A program made the position numbers and the translations under genes. From NCBI GenBank assembly GCA_964572225.1, contig CAZNFR010000006.1:533-64532 (forward strand): a stretch of DNA of 64,000 nt. Direction: 5' to 3'. Shown here piece by piece: positions 30,216 through 38,037 of this stretch. The stretch comes from an uncultured Bacteroidaceae bacterium (GTDB lineage Bacteria; Bacteroidota; Bacteroidia; Bacteroidales; GCA-2748055). Numbering within the stretch: the stretch's first letter is position 1; every line of letters begins with the position of its first letter. The notes under the pieces were generated by a model. It had not been told where the DNA came from, ran no database searches, and saw only the letters and a program-made list of their open reading frames with translations.

Positions 30216-31646
30216 TTAACTAATCAGATCCCTGTGCACCAGTTCTACTTCCACCTTATGGTTTTCTTTCAGATAAACGGCAAGATTTTCTGCAGCAAAA
30301 ACAGATCTGTGCCTTCCTCCTGTACAACCAAATGATACCTGTAAATGTTTATATTTATTGTCTTGATACGCGTTTATACTGCGATCAAGAATGCGGTAAA
30401 CGTCCTTGAGAAATGATTTCATTTCTGACCTTTCTTCGAAAAACCTTGCGATTTCCGGATCTTTTCCTGTAAATGACTTCCATTCCGGATATCTTCCGGG
30501 GTTATGGATCCCCCTGCAATCAAAAACAAACCCCCCTCCATTTCCACTGAGATCAGAAGGAATCCTTTTGCGGTAAGAAAAACTATTTATTCTTATTTTG
30601 AGATTTTCCGGCTTATCATCAAAGGTGTAATTCAATTCTTCTGAAGCGACCATCTTCAAAAACAATTTCGGTAACTCCTTAAGTCCGACAGGAATTTTAT
30701 TGTTGACCAAAAGCCATTCCAGGTTTTTCATGGCCCATGGAATACTCAACAAAAAAAGAGATTTGTTTTCAACCCAGCCTCTGAGTCCGTAAGTGCCCAG
30801 CGCCTGAAGTATCCTTATGAGAACAAAATCGTAATATCGCAAAAGGAATTGATCCCTGATCCCTGGCAAAACGATTTCCAGGCTTTGGAGGTAGTGATTC
30901 AGCAGTTCTTCTCTTTTTCTCGAGGGAAGAGCGGTTTTTGCTTCGAAAAGTAAGGAGGCTGGATCATACTGAAGAGCACCCTTCCTGCCACCCTGGAAAT
31001 CAATAAACCAGGGGGAACCCTGATAAATCATAATATTTCTGGATTGAAAATCCCGGTACATGAAAAAATCCCTTGGAGAATCCATTAGCCTTGCGGTCAG
31101 GGCTACGAAATCATCCTCCAGCTTCTGCTCGTCGAAATTAATGCCAGAAACCTTGAGAAAAAAGTATTTAAAATGGTTTAGGTCCCAAAGTACGGATTGG
31201 GCGTCAAATTCCTGTCTTGGAACACAAAACCTGTAGTCGATCTTGGAATGGGAGTGCACCTGGAATTGCACCAAATTTTCCAATGTGTTTCTGTAGAGAT
31301 CCCAGATATGCTGATTTTCATCGACAGGCCCGCCAGTAGCTTCCAGCTCCTGCTTCAGGCTTACATCACCGAGATCTTTCAGCAGGTAATATTCTTCCGA
31401 TGGATGAACTGCATATATTTCGGGTACCGGCAAACCTTCGGAAGTAAATGTTTTGCAAAAGGAAAGAAACGCCCGATTCTCGTTAATATAATCATTAAAA
31501 ACCCCGATGGCTGTAAGCTCACCCCCGGTCATCCTGAAGTATCGGCGATGAGAACCTGAAGGAGGAAGACTTTCGATGACTTCAGCATCGCGTCCGAATT
31601 TTCCCCTGAATAAAATATTGAGCTCATTTTTATGCATAGATTTCAC
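30216..31646 (-). CDS. Fusion protein: an AmgK-like (APH-fold) anomeric sugar kinase domain plus a RapZ-type C-terminal domain
   Basis: The N-terminal ~330 aa have the phosphotransferase-fold catalytic region YRDFQSRNIMIYQGSPWFIDFQGGRKGALQYDPASLL. The C-terminal ~140 aa (INSFSYRKRIPSD...GGGFVFDCRGIHNPGRY...TGKDPEIARFF...LQVSFGCTGGRHRSVFAAENLA) match the recalled E. coli RapZ C-domain motifs (SFGFKYGIP, VFDVRFLPNP, AIGCTGGKHRSV). The start is either GTG 31646 or, more likely, ATG 31637 (MHKNELN...). Confidence 0.75.
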   Translation of the reverse strand: MKSMHKNELNILFRGKFGRDAEVIESLPPSGSHRRYFRMTGGELTAIGVFNDYINENRAFLSFCKTFTSEGLPVPEIYAVHPSEEYYLLKDLGDVSLKQELEATGGPVDENQHIWDLYRNTLENLVQFQVHSHSKIDYRFCVPRQEFDAQSVLWDLNHFKYFFLKVSGINFDEQKLEDDFVALTARLMDSPRDFFMYRDFQSRNIMIYQGSPWFIDFQGGRKGALQYDPASLLFEAKTALPSRKREELLNHYLQSLEIVLPGIRDQFLLRYYDFVLIRILQALGTYGLRGWVENKSLFLLSIPWAMKNLEWLLVNNKIPVGLKELPKLFLKMVASEELNYTFDDKPENLKIRINSFSYRKRIPSDLSGNGGGFVFDCRGIHNPGRYPEWKSFTGKDPEIARFFEERSEMKSFLKDVYRILDRSINAYQDNKYKHLQVSFGCTGGRHRSVFAAENLAVYLKENHKVEVELVHRDLIS

Positions 31647-31786
31647 GACAATAGTTCGTTAAACTTTTAGAAAATGGTATTTTGAAAAACCGTAAAACGT
31701 TGATTATTAATATTATATCTATTATTTACCGAGCTTTTTAAACTGTTGATAATGAGCGATATAATAAAGTTTAACGAACTATTGTC
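31647..31786. repeat. Perfect 21-bp inverted repeat flanking a 98-nt AT-rich spacer
   Basis: GACAATAGTTCGTTAAACTTT at 31647-31667 and its exact reverse complement AAAGTTTAACGAACTATTGTC at 31766-31786. The proximal arm abuts the start region of the kinase/RapZ-C gene. Confidence 0.85.
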
Positions 31787-32029
31787 ACGAATATTCGGCA
31801 TTTTAAAAGAGGGTTTTTAGTTCCTTATGAATTTCCCTGGGAATACCATGATCTTTGTTCCCTTCACTTCTTAATATTTTTGATGATGCTTTATATCCAT
31901 ACACTTATATTACGGTCGAAATTGATTAATCCATGTTCCTATAATCGGACCTGTCCCTAAAATCTGAACCAGTAAGAATCCTTTTAGTAATATAGGCTAA
32001 TCCCGGGATCTGGTCTATGGGTGTTACCG

Positions 32030-32037
32030 GCAAAATT
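32030..32037 (-). promoter_or_regulatory. Possible -7 box (TAATTTTG on the minus strand) that would drive a long leader into the kinase/RapZ-C gene
   Basis: This is the only TAnnTTTG match I could find on the minus strand between 31647 and the next gene. It is speculative. Confidence 0.25.
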
Positions 32038-32176
32038 AAAAAATTAATGTCTTATAAACAGGAAATAAATATTTTCCTGCTATTTTCGATCCCTGTGAAG
32101 AATGCTGGTTTGAAGGACATTCACTTGCAGCATCAAGATATTTTTTTATTATATTGGCAACCAAATCCACTCCTGA

Positions 32177-32632
32177 ATGAGAATACAGTTTTTTGAATTT
32201 AAAGACCTGAATATTGTTGAAATTGCTGTATTGGAAGCCGAAGAAAGGTTTATTCCTTTTACTGAAAAATCCAGGTTCCTTCCGGGTTCGGTTTTTAGTC
32301 TGATGCAAAATGCCTTTGAGATTAGCAATCCTGATTATAGTTATTATGATGAGGTGCCCTATCACGAAAACAATATCGTGAGTCTTAGAAACCGCCTGCA
32401 GGAACACCTTGTTAAGATAGGCACCATTGATCAGGCTGAATCGCTTGAATTGTTTGCCATGAAACAACTGGAAGGTATTGATTTCCTGAATGAGCTTAAA
32501 ACTTTCTACCCTAAATGGAAGATCTCCTGGGAGAATATCCGGGATCAGCTTAAGGAAGTGTACAAGGAAATGCTCGAACTCGTTGATCTTTGCATTGATG
32601 AGGATAAAATACTTTGGATCAAGGGATATTGA
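32177..32632 (+). CDS. Hypothetical acidic 151-aa protein (orphan)
   Basis: Codon pattern is typical of this genome: G-rich first positions and GAA/GAT/AAT/CTT usage. An in-frame TGA lies immediately upstream of the ATG, and a hairpin terminator follows. The longer antisense ORF at 32036..32686 has the F/K/I-rich composition of a shadow frame and would run through the terminator hairpin. Confidence 0.55.
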   Translation: MRIQFFEFKDLNIVEIAVLEAEERFIPFTEKSRFLPGSVFSLMQNAFEISNPDYSYYDEVPYHENNIVSLRNRLQEHLVKIGTIDQAESLELFAMKQLEGIDFLNELKTFYPKWKISWENIRDQLKEVYKEMLELVDLCIDEDKILWIKGY

Positions 32633-32646
32633 TAACTTGTTTGAAA

Positions 32647-32674
32647 AAAGGCCATCCGCATCCGGACAGCCTTT
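32647..32674. terminator. Bidirectional hairpin terminator between convergent genes
   Basis: AAAGGCCATCCG (32647-32658), loop CATC, CGGACAGCCTTT (32663-32674): 12-bp arms with a 2-nt internal mismatch. An A-run lies upstream and a T-rich stretch downstream. Confidence 0.5.
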
Positions 32675-32717
32675 ATTCAAAAACATGTGTGAAACTCACC
32701 AGTAATACCCAGGGGTA

Positions 32718-33437
32718 CTATTTCTTTTGTCTTTTAACGTAATTTCTGATTTTACCCGAATCAACCGATTCCTTTTTAAGTTGCTTCAGGCTTTTGGTCT
32801 CTTCAGCAGACTTCTTTTTTCCCTCCGGATAATAATCAACCACCGCAACAAATTCATTCAATGCATCCGGAACAAGAACCTGGGTTTCTATCCACCCCAC
32901 ATCTTCGGCTGCCAATTGATAGTTATCATGGAAGGGACCATAGACATCAACATAATATCGGGTATTTGCCATCAAATCAATGAAAATCACTTCTCCATTG
33001 GAATCCGTATAACCCTGTACTACAAGATTGGTCTCATTTTCCCAGTCACGCACAGTAGGATATAACCGGACCCTGGCATCTTCCACAAGATAGTAGGGTT
33101 CAAAATATTCCTCAACCACGATTAGTAAATCGGCAACCGGTAGCACTTCTATTTCCATTAGGGAAACATCCCTGCGACCATCCTTGCCAAAAGCGGTAAG
33201 GGAAACCTGATAAATTCCTGGCTGAGACCAACTTTTTACAGCGTGGAATGTAGTGGCGATAAAACCGTCTCCGAAATCCCATTCATAATCGTAAGCATCA
33301 ACAGAACGGTTGGTAAACGTAATTTCCTCGCCAACAAGCACCACTCTTTTATCGGCACGAAAGTCGGCATAGGGATCCCTGGTGCAGCTCGCCAGCAGCA
33401 GAGGGATAAGGACCAGTATGATATAGATCTTTTTCAT
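32718..33437 (-). CDS. PKD-domain lipoprotein
   Basis: Lipobox LLASC. PKD signature GEEITFTNRSVDAYDYEWDFGDG. A second beta-rich domain (RVRLYPT...GYTDSNGEVIF) resembles carboxypeptidase-regulatory-like folds. Lys-rich tail. Confidence 0.75.
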   Translation of the reverse strand: MKKIYIILVLIPLLLASCTRDPYADFRADKRVVLVGEEITFTNRSVDAYDYEWDFGDGFIATTFHAVKSWSQPGIYQVSLTAFGKDGRRDVSLMEIEVLPVADLLIVVEEYFEPYYLVEDARVRLYPTVRDWENETNLVVQGYTDSNGEVIFIDLMANTRYYVDVYGPFHDNYQLAAEDVGWIETQVLVPDALNEFVAVVDYYPEGKKKSAEETKSLKQLKKESVDSGKIRNYVKRQKK

Positions 33438-33564
33438 GACTTCAGATTTTTAAGGATGAATCTTTAACGTTAAATAACAAAATTCAATTACCGTGCCAAA
33501 TCAGAGGAGCTGGATATTTGAAATTTTCAAATCTTCCGTTAGCTTTATGTCAAATAATTGAAAA

Positions 33565-34992
33565 ATGGACCCTGTTGATTTTCGCAAAAGTGCCTATGAG
33601 ATAATTGATTTCATTGTAGAGTACTATCAGTCTATTCATGAATACCCAGTGAAATCCCGTTCCAAACCCGGTGAGATTCTTGCACAGTTGAAAAAACAGG
33701 CACCCGAAGATCCAGAGAGCATTCAATCAATAATGGAAGATTTCCGTAGGATTATATTACCTGGAATTACCCACTGGCAATCCCCAGGTTTCCATGCCTA
33801 TTTCACAGCTAATGGCTCTTTCCCTTCCATCCTAGGTGATTTGTTGAGTTCGGCCCTCGGTGTGCAGGGAATGATCTGGGAAACCTCCCCTGCTGCTACT
33901 GAACTTGAGGAAAGAATGATGCAATGGCTACGGGATTTTTGCGGATTACCTTCTGATTTTGAGGGAGTTATTCAGGATGCCGGATCCACCGCCAATCTTG
34001 TAGCTCTACTCTCAGCACGGGAGAAAAAAAGTAACTACATCATCAATCAGGATGGCTTTACCCACAATAAATATCGGGTCTATTGCAGTTCCGAAGCCCA
34101 TTCATCCATCGAAAAAGCGGCAAAAATCGCTGGATTTGGAAAAAACTCTGTCGTCAAGATACCCGTCGATGACGGTTTGGCAATGATTCCGGAGGAGCTG
34201 GAAAAAGCCATTATTCAGGATCTGGAACAGGGGGCCATCCCATGCTGTGTTGTTGCAGCTCTCGGAACTACCGGAACTTGTGCGGTGGATCCTCTTAAGG
34301 AAATTTCATTCCTGACAAATAAATATGAAGCCTGGCTGCATATTGACGCTGCATGGGCCGGGTCAGCTCTTGTGCTTGAAAAAGAAAGATGGATGATTGA
34401 AGGAATTGAAAATGCCGACAGTTTTGTTTTTAATCCACATAAATGGATGTTTACCAATTTTGATTGCTCGGCCTATTTTGTGAAAAATAAAGAAGAATTG
34501 GTAAAAACGTTTTCAATAACTCCCGAGTATTTAAAATCGAATCGGGATAAAGAGGTTAACAATTACCGGGACTGGGGTATTCAGCTGGGCAGACGATTCC
34601 GCTCCCTCAAGCTGTGGTTTGTATTGCGGGAAATGGGCTTAAAAGAGATCAGGAAAAAGATAGAAAACCATATTTACTGGGCGGAAGAAATCGCTGCAAA
34701 GGCCAGGAGTAATCCCAATATTTGGCTATTTGAACCCCAGAGGCTTGCCCTGGTGGTTTTTGCTCTTTGCCCAAAGGGAATGGACAATCCGGATCGGTTA
34801 AATGAACTCAACAAGGATTTTCTTGATCATCTTAATGCTTCAGGGGTAATATATCTCTCCCATACAAAAGTCGAAAATCGATTTGTTCTCAGGATGGTAA
34901 CCGCGCAAACCCTACTTACAAGGGAAAAGGTAATGTACGACTGGGATTATATTGAAAAGGAATCAGTGAAATTTATTAACCAATATCTTTGA
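33565..34992 (+). CDS. PLP-dependent aromatic-L-amino-acid decarboxylase (group II, DDC-like)
   Basis: DDC-family motifs: ITHWQSPGFHAYF, the S-x-H context SSEAHSSIEKAA, DAAWAGSA, and the PLP-lysine motif FVFNPHKWMFTNFDCSAYFVK. Confidence 0.85.
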   Translation: MDPVDFRKSAYEIIDFIVEYYQSIHEYPVKSRSKPGEILAQLKKQAPEDPESIQSIMEDFRRIILPGITHWQSPGFHAYFTANGSFPSILGDLLSSALGVQGMIWETSPAATELEERMMQWLRDFCGLPSDFEGVIQDAGSTANLVALLSAREKKSNYIINQDGFTHNKYRVYCSSEAHSSIEKAAKIAGFGKNSVVKIPVDDGLAMIPEELEKAIIQDLEQGAIPCCVVAALGTTGTCAVDPLKEISFLTNKYEAWLHIDAAWAGSALVLEKERWMIEGIENADSFVFNPHKWMFTNFDCSAYFVKNKEELVKTFSITPEYLKSNRDKEVNNYRDWGIQLGRRFRSLKLWFVLREMGLKEIRKKIENHIYWAEEIAAKARSNPNIWLFEPQRLALVVFALCPKGMDNPDRLNELNKDFLDHLNASGVIYLSHTKVENRFVLRMVTAQTLLTREKVMYDWDYIEKESVKFINQYL

Positions 34993-34995
34993 GAA

Positions 34996-35715
34996 ATGAG
35001 AAAGGTTCTGATAACGGGGGGAAGCAGGGGAATAGGAGAAGCCCTTAGTAAAAGATTCCTCGATGAAGGTTGCGAAATCATTATTGTGGCAAGAAAGAAA
35101 CCTTCTGTATTACCCCCTTATCACGTAAGGTTCTTCCAGTGTGATCTTTCTGAAGAGAGCGATATTCAAAAACTCCTTGGAATTATCGAGGAGAATTATG
35201 CCATGCTGGATGTTTTAATCAATAATGCCGGGACTAACATCCGTAAGAAGTTTCTGGATTATACGGAGGAGGAAACCCTAAAAATATTTAATACCAATCT
35301 CTTTTCAGCCTTAAGACTAACGCGCGGACTAATCCCTCTTTTGAAAAAATCAGCCTACCCTTCAGTGATAAATATTTCCTCGGTCGCAGGTCTCGGTCAT
35401 ATGAGAACGGGCATTATTTATGGAATGACAAAGGCAGCCATGAACCAGATGACAAAAAATATGGCAGCAGAACTCGCAGGTGAAAATATCCGTGTAAATG
35501 CCATCGCACCCTGGTATATAGAAACACCCCTTGCCATGCAGGTTCTGAAGGATAAAAATTACCTGAAGGAAGTACTGGACAGAACTCCTATGAAAAGAAT
35601 TGGAAAACCCCAAGAAATTGCAGGATTGGCAAGTTTTCTTGCCGGCCCTGATGCCTCCTATATTACCGGACAAATCATTGCCGTTGACGGAGGCTTTTCG
35701 ATCAATCTCTTTTAA
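34996..35715 (+). CDS. Short-chain dehydrogenase/reductase (classical SDR, tropinone-reductase-like)
   Basis: TGGSRGIG cofactor motif, NNAG, catalytic SSVAG...YGMTKAA (YxxxK), and IRVNAIAPWYIETPL. It starts 4 nt after the decarboxylase stop. Confidence 0.85.
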   Translation: MRKVLITGGSRGIGEALSKRFLDEGCEIIIVARKKPSVLPPYHVRFFQCDLSEESDIQKLLGIIEENYAMLDVLINNAGTNIRKKFLDYTEEETLKIFNTNLFSALRLTRGLIPLLKKSAYPSVINISSVAGLGHMRTGIIYGMTKAAMNQMTKNMAAELAGENIRVNAIAPWYIETPLAMQVLKDKNYLKEVLDRTPMKRIGKPQEIAGLASFLAGPDASYITGQIIAVDGGFSINLF

Positions 35716-35754
35716 GCCATATTATCCATTAAAAAATAGTTTAATTAACCAGAA

Positions 35755-37932
35755 ATGAAAAAAATAACACTCTTAACCATTCTAATCCTATGTCTAAATC
35801 CCTCGTTTGGTCAATATCAAGAAAAATTGATCACTCTCGAAGATGTTTACCGGTTTTATCGTTTTTTCCCGGTTTCTGTCGAAAATCACAGATCTTTGAA
35901 CAGCGGTAAAGAATATACCCTGCTCAGTAAGGGCCAGAAAATTGAAAAATACAGCTATCAGGATGGCTCCTATTTGGAAACCATTCTTGATCTGGAAAAA
36001 CAAAGCGGACTTCCTTTCACGTCCTTTTCGGCCTATGAATTCAGCCCTGATGAGAACAAAATCCTTCTCACCACCGAAAGGGAAAACATCTATCGCAGGT
36101 CCTACCTCGCCGCTTTTTACATTTATGATCGGGCTAGTGGGGAAATGCAGCCTCTGTCCAACCATGGAAAACAACAACTCCCCACCTTTTCACCCGATGG
36201 AAGCAAGATCGCCTTTGTTCGGGAAAATAACCTGTTTATCAAAGACCTTCTTTCTGAAAAAGAAATTCAGGTCACCTATGACGGTAAACGTAATGAAATT
36301 ATCAACGGTGCTCCAGACTGGGTATACGAAGAGGAGTTTGGTTTTAGCAAAGGATTTGCCTGGTCTCCAGACGGATACAAAATCGCATACTACCGATTCG
36401 ATGAAAAAAGAGTCCGGGAATTTAATATGACCCTTTATAACGGTCTTTATCCGGAATGGTACCGATTCAAATATCCCAAAGCTGGTGAAGAAAACTCAAA
36501 GGTAACTATTCATTGTTTCGATCTTAAAAAAGACACAATTACCGAACTGGATACCGGACCCGAAACAGATCAGTATATCCCAAGAATAAAATGGACTGCG
36601 GACCCGGAAGTACTTTCAGTTATCAGACTAAACCGTCTTCAGAATTTTGTGGAGATCCTGCATTCAGAGGTCAAAACCGGCAATTCAACAGTTGTTTACG
36701 AGGAAAGAGAGGAAAAGTATATTTCGGAAGTATCCGATGATATGGTAACTTATCTTAAAAACGGTGAAGAATGTATTATTCGAAGTGAGAAGGATGGCTG
36801 GTCCCATCTTTATCTGTATAATTTCATTAACGGTGATATAAAGCCCATAACCTCGGGTGAATTTGATGTTTCAAAAATTCATGGAGTTGACGAGGATGGA
36901 TCCATACTTTATTATTCATCCCATGAAAGGGGGCCACTATATTTGGATACCTGGAAGATCAGGCTGGATGGAAAGAAAAAGAAACTGCTCACCAAAAACA
37001 GGGGATGGAATGAAACCGAGTTTTCCAAAGGATTTCGGTTCTTTATAAATACCTATTCCGATGCCAACACACCACCCTTTATAAGTCTGTGCGACAACCA
37101 TGGTAATATGATCCGTATTTTGGAGGACAATACCGCACTGGTGGAGCGGATGAGGGAATACAATTTCACCCCTGTTGAATTCTTTAGCTTTACCACACAG
37201 GATGGTCTGGAGCTACCTGGTTATATGATAAAACCACCAGACTTTAATGTGGAAAAAAAATATCCTGTGTTATTTTATGTTTACGGAGGTCCTGAATCCC
37301 AATCGGTAAAAGACCAGTTCTCGGCTTACCGGGGTGCATGGTTCCAGATGCTTGCTCAGCAAGGGTTTATTATTGCCTGTGTGGATAATCGCGGAACCAA
37401 CGGACGTGGGGAGGCTTTTCGTAAGGCAACTTATATGCAACTTGGAAAATATGAAACCACAGATCAGATTGAGGCGGCTTACTTTCTATCCTCCCTGGAA
37501 TATGTCGACAAGGCAAGAATAGGAATTTTTGGATGGAGTTATGGAGGCTTTATGAGTTTAAACTGTCTTTTTAAAGGATCTGATATTTTTTCGCTTGCAG
37601 TTGCGGTTGCTCCTGTTACCAACTGGAGGTATTACGATACCATCTATACCGAAAGATTTATGAGAACCCCACAGGAAAATCAGGAGGGATATGACCAAAA
37701 CTCACCCATCTTTTTTGCCGATCAGATGAAGGGTAAACTATTGCTAATCCACGGGATGGCCGATGATAATGTGCACCTCCAAAACTCGACCGAATTGGTT
37801 AAGGCACTGGTGGAAGCCGACAAAGCTTTCGATTCTGAGTTCTATCCTGATAAAAATCACGGCATTTGCGGTGGAAATACAACCATGCACCTGTATGGGA
37901 AATTGACACACTTTATCCTTGAAAACCTGTAA
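35755..37932 (+). CDS. Dipeptidyl-peptidase IV (S9B family)
   Basis: Signal peptide, a DPP-IV-like N-terminal beta-propeller region (WSPDG repeats) and a catalytic triad context: GWSYGG, HGMADDNVH, DKNHGI. Confidence 0.85.
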   Translation: MKKITLLTILILCLNPSFGQYQEKLITLEDVYRFYRFFPVSVENHRSLNSGKEYTLLSKGQKIEKYSYQDGSYLETILDLEKQSGLPFTSFSAYEFSPDENKILLTTERENIYRRSYLAAFYIYDRASGEMQPLSNHGKQQLPTFSPDGSKIAFVRENNLFIKDLLSEKEIQVTYDGKRNEIINGAPDWVYEEEFGFSKGFAWSPDGYKIAYYRFDEKRVREFNMTLYNGLYPEWYRFKYPKAGEENSKVTIHCFDLKKDTITELDTGPETDQYIPRIKWTADPEVLSVIRLNRLQNFVEILHSEVKTGNSTVVYEEREEKYISEVSDDMVTYLKNGEECIIRSEKDGWSHLYLYNFINGDIKPITSGEFDVSKIHGVDEDGSILYYSSHERGPLYLDTWKIRLDGKKKKLLTKNRGWNETEFSKGFRFFINTYSDANTPPFISLCDNHGNMIRILEDNTALVERMREYNFTPVEFFSFTTQDGLELPGYMIKPPDFNVEKKYPVLFYVYGGPESQSVKDQFSAYRGAWFQMLAQQGFIIACVDNRGTNGRGEAFRKATYMQLGKYETTDQIEAAYFLSSLEYVDKARIGIFGWSYGGFMSLNCLFKGSDIFSLAVAVAPVTNWRYYDTIYTERFMRTPQENQEGYDQNSPIFFADQMKGKLLLIHGMADDNVHLQNSTELVKALVEADKAFDSEFYPDKNHGICGGNTTMHLYGKLTHFILENL

Positions 37933-37992
37933 AATGGAAAAGGATTCATTTAAAACTAATGTTCATTTCTTATTGATACCAATGATTTTTGC

Positions 37993-38000
37993 TAATTTTG
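37993..38000 (+). promoter_or_regulatory. Candidate -7 promoter box (TAATTTTG) for the thrS operon
   Basis: Matches TAnnTTTG, 38 nt upstream of the thrS ATG. Confidence 0.4.
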
Positions 38001-38037
38001 CACCCTTAACAACAGATAGAACGTATTTCATAAGCCC

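Noticed and set aside
31803-31904. 33-codon minus-strand frame (GTG start, ...SEGNKDHGIPREIHKELKTLF) inside the long leader, considered as a uORF or gene remnant
   Set aside because: It has no ATG and no recognisable motif, and it is too short to distinguish from chance. It is kept only as a note for anyone analysing the leader.
32036-32686. 216-aa minus-strand ORF covering the whole orphan-gene region
   Set aside because: It has the F/K/I/L-rich shadow-frame composition expected opposite a GAA/AAA/GAT-rich gene. It would initiate inside or through the bidirectional terminator hairpin at 32647-32674. The + strand frame shows the G-rich first-codon-position pattern of real genes here. Some residual doubt remains, and this is noted in the findings.
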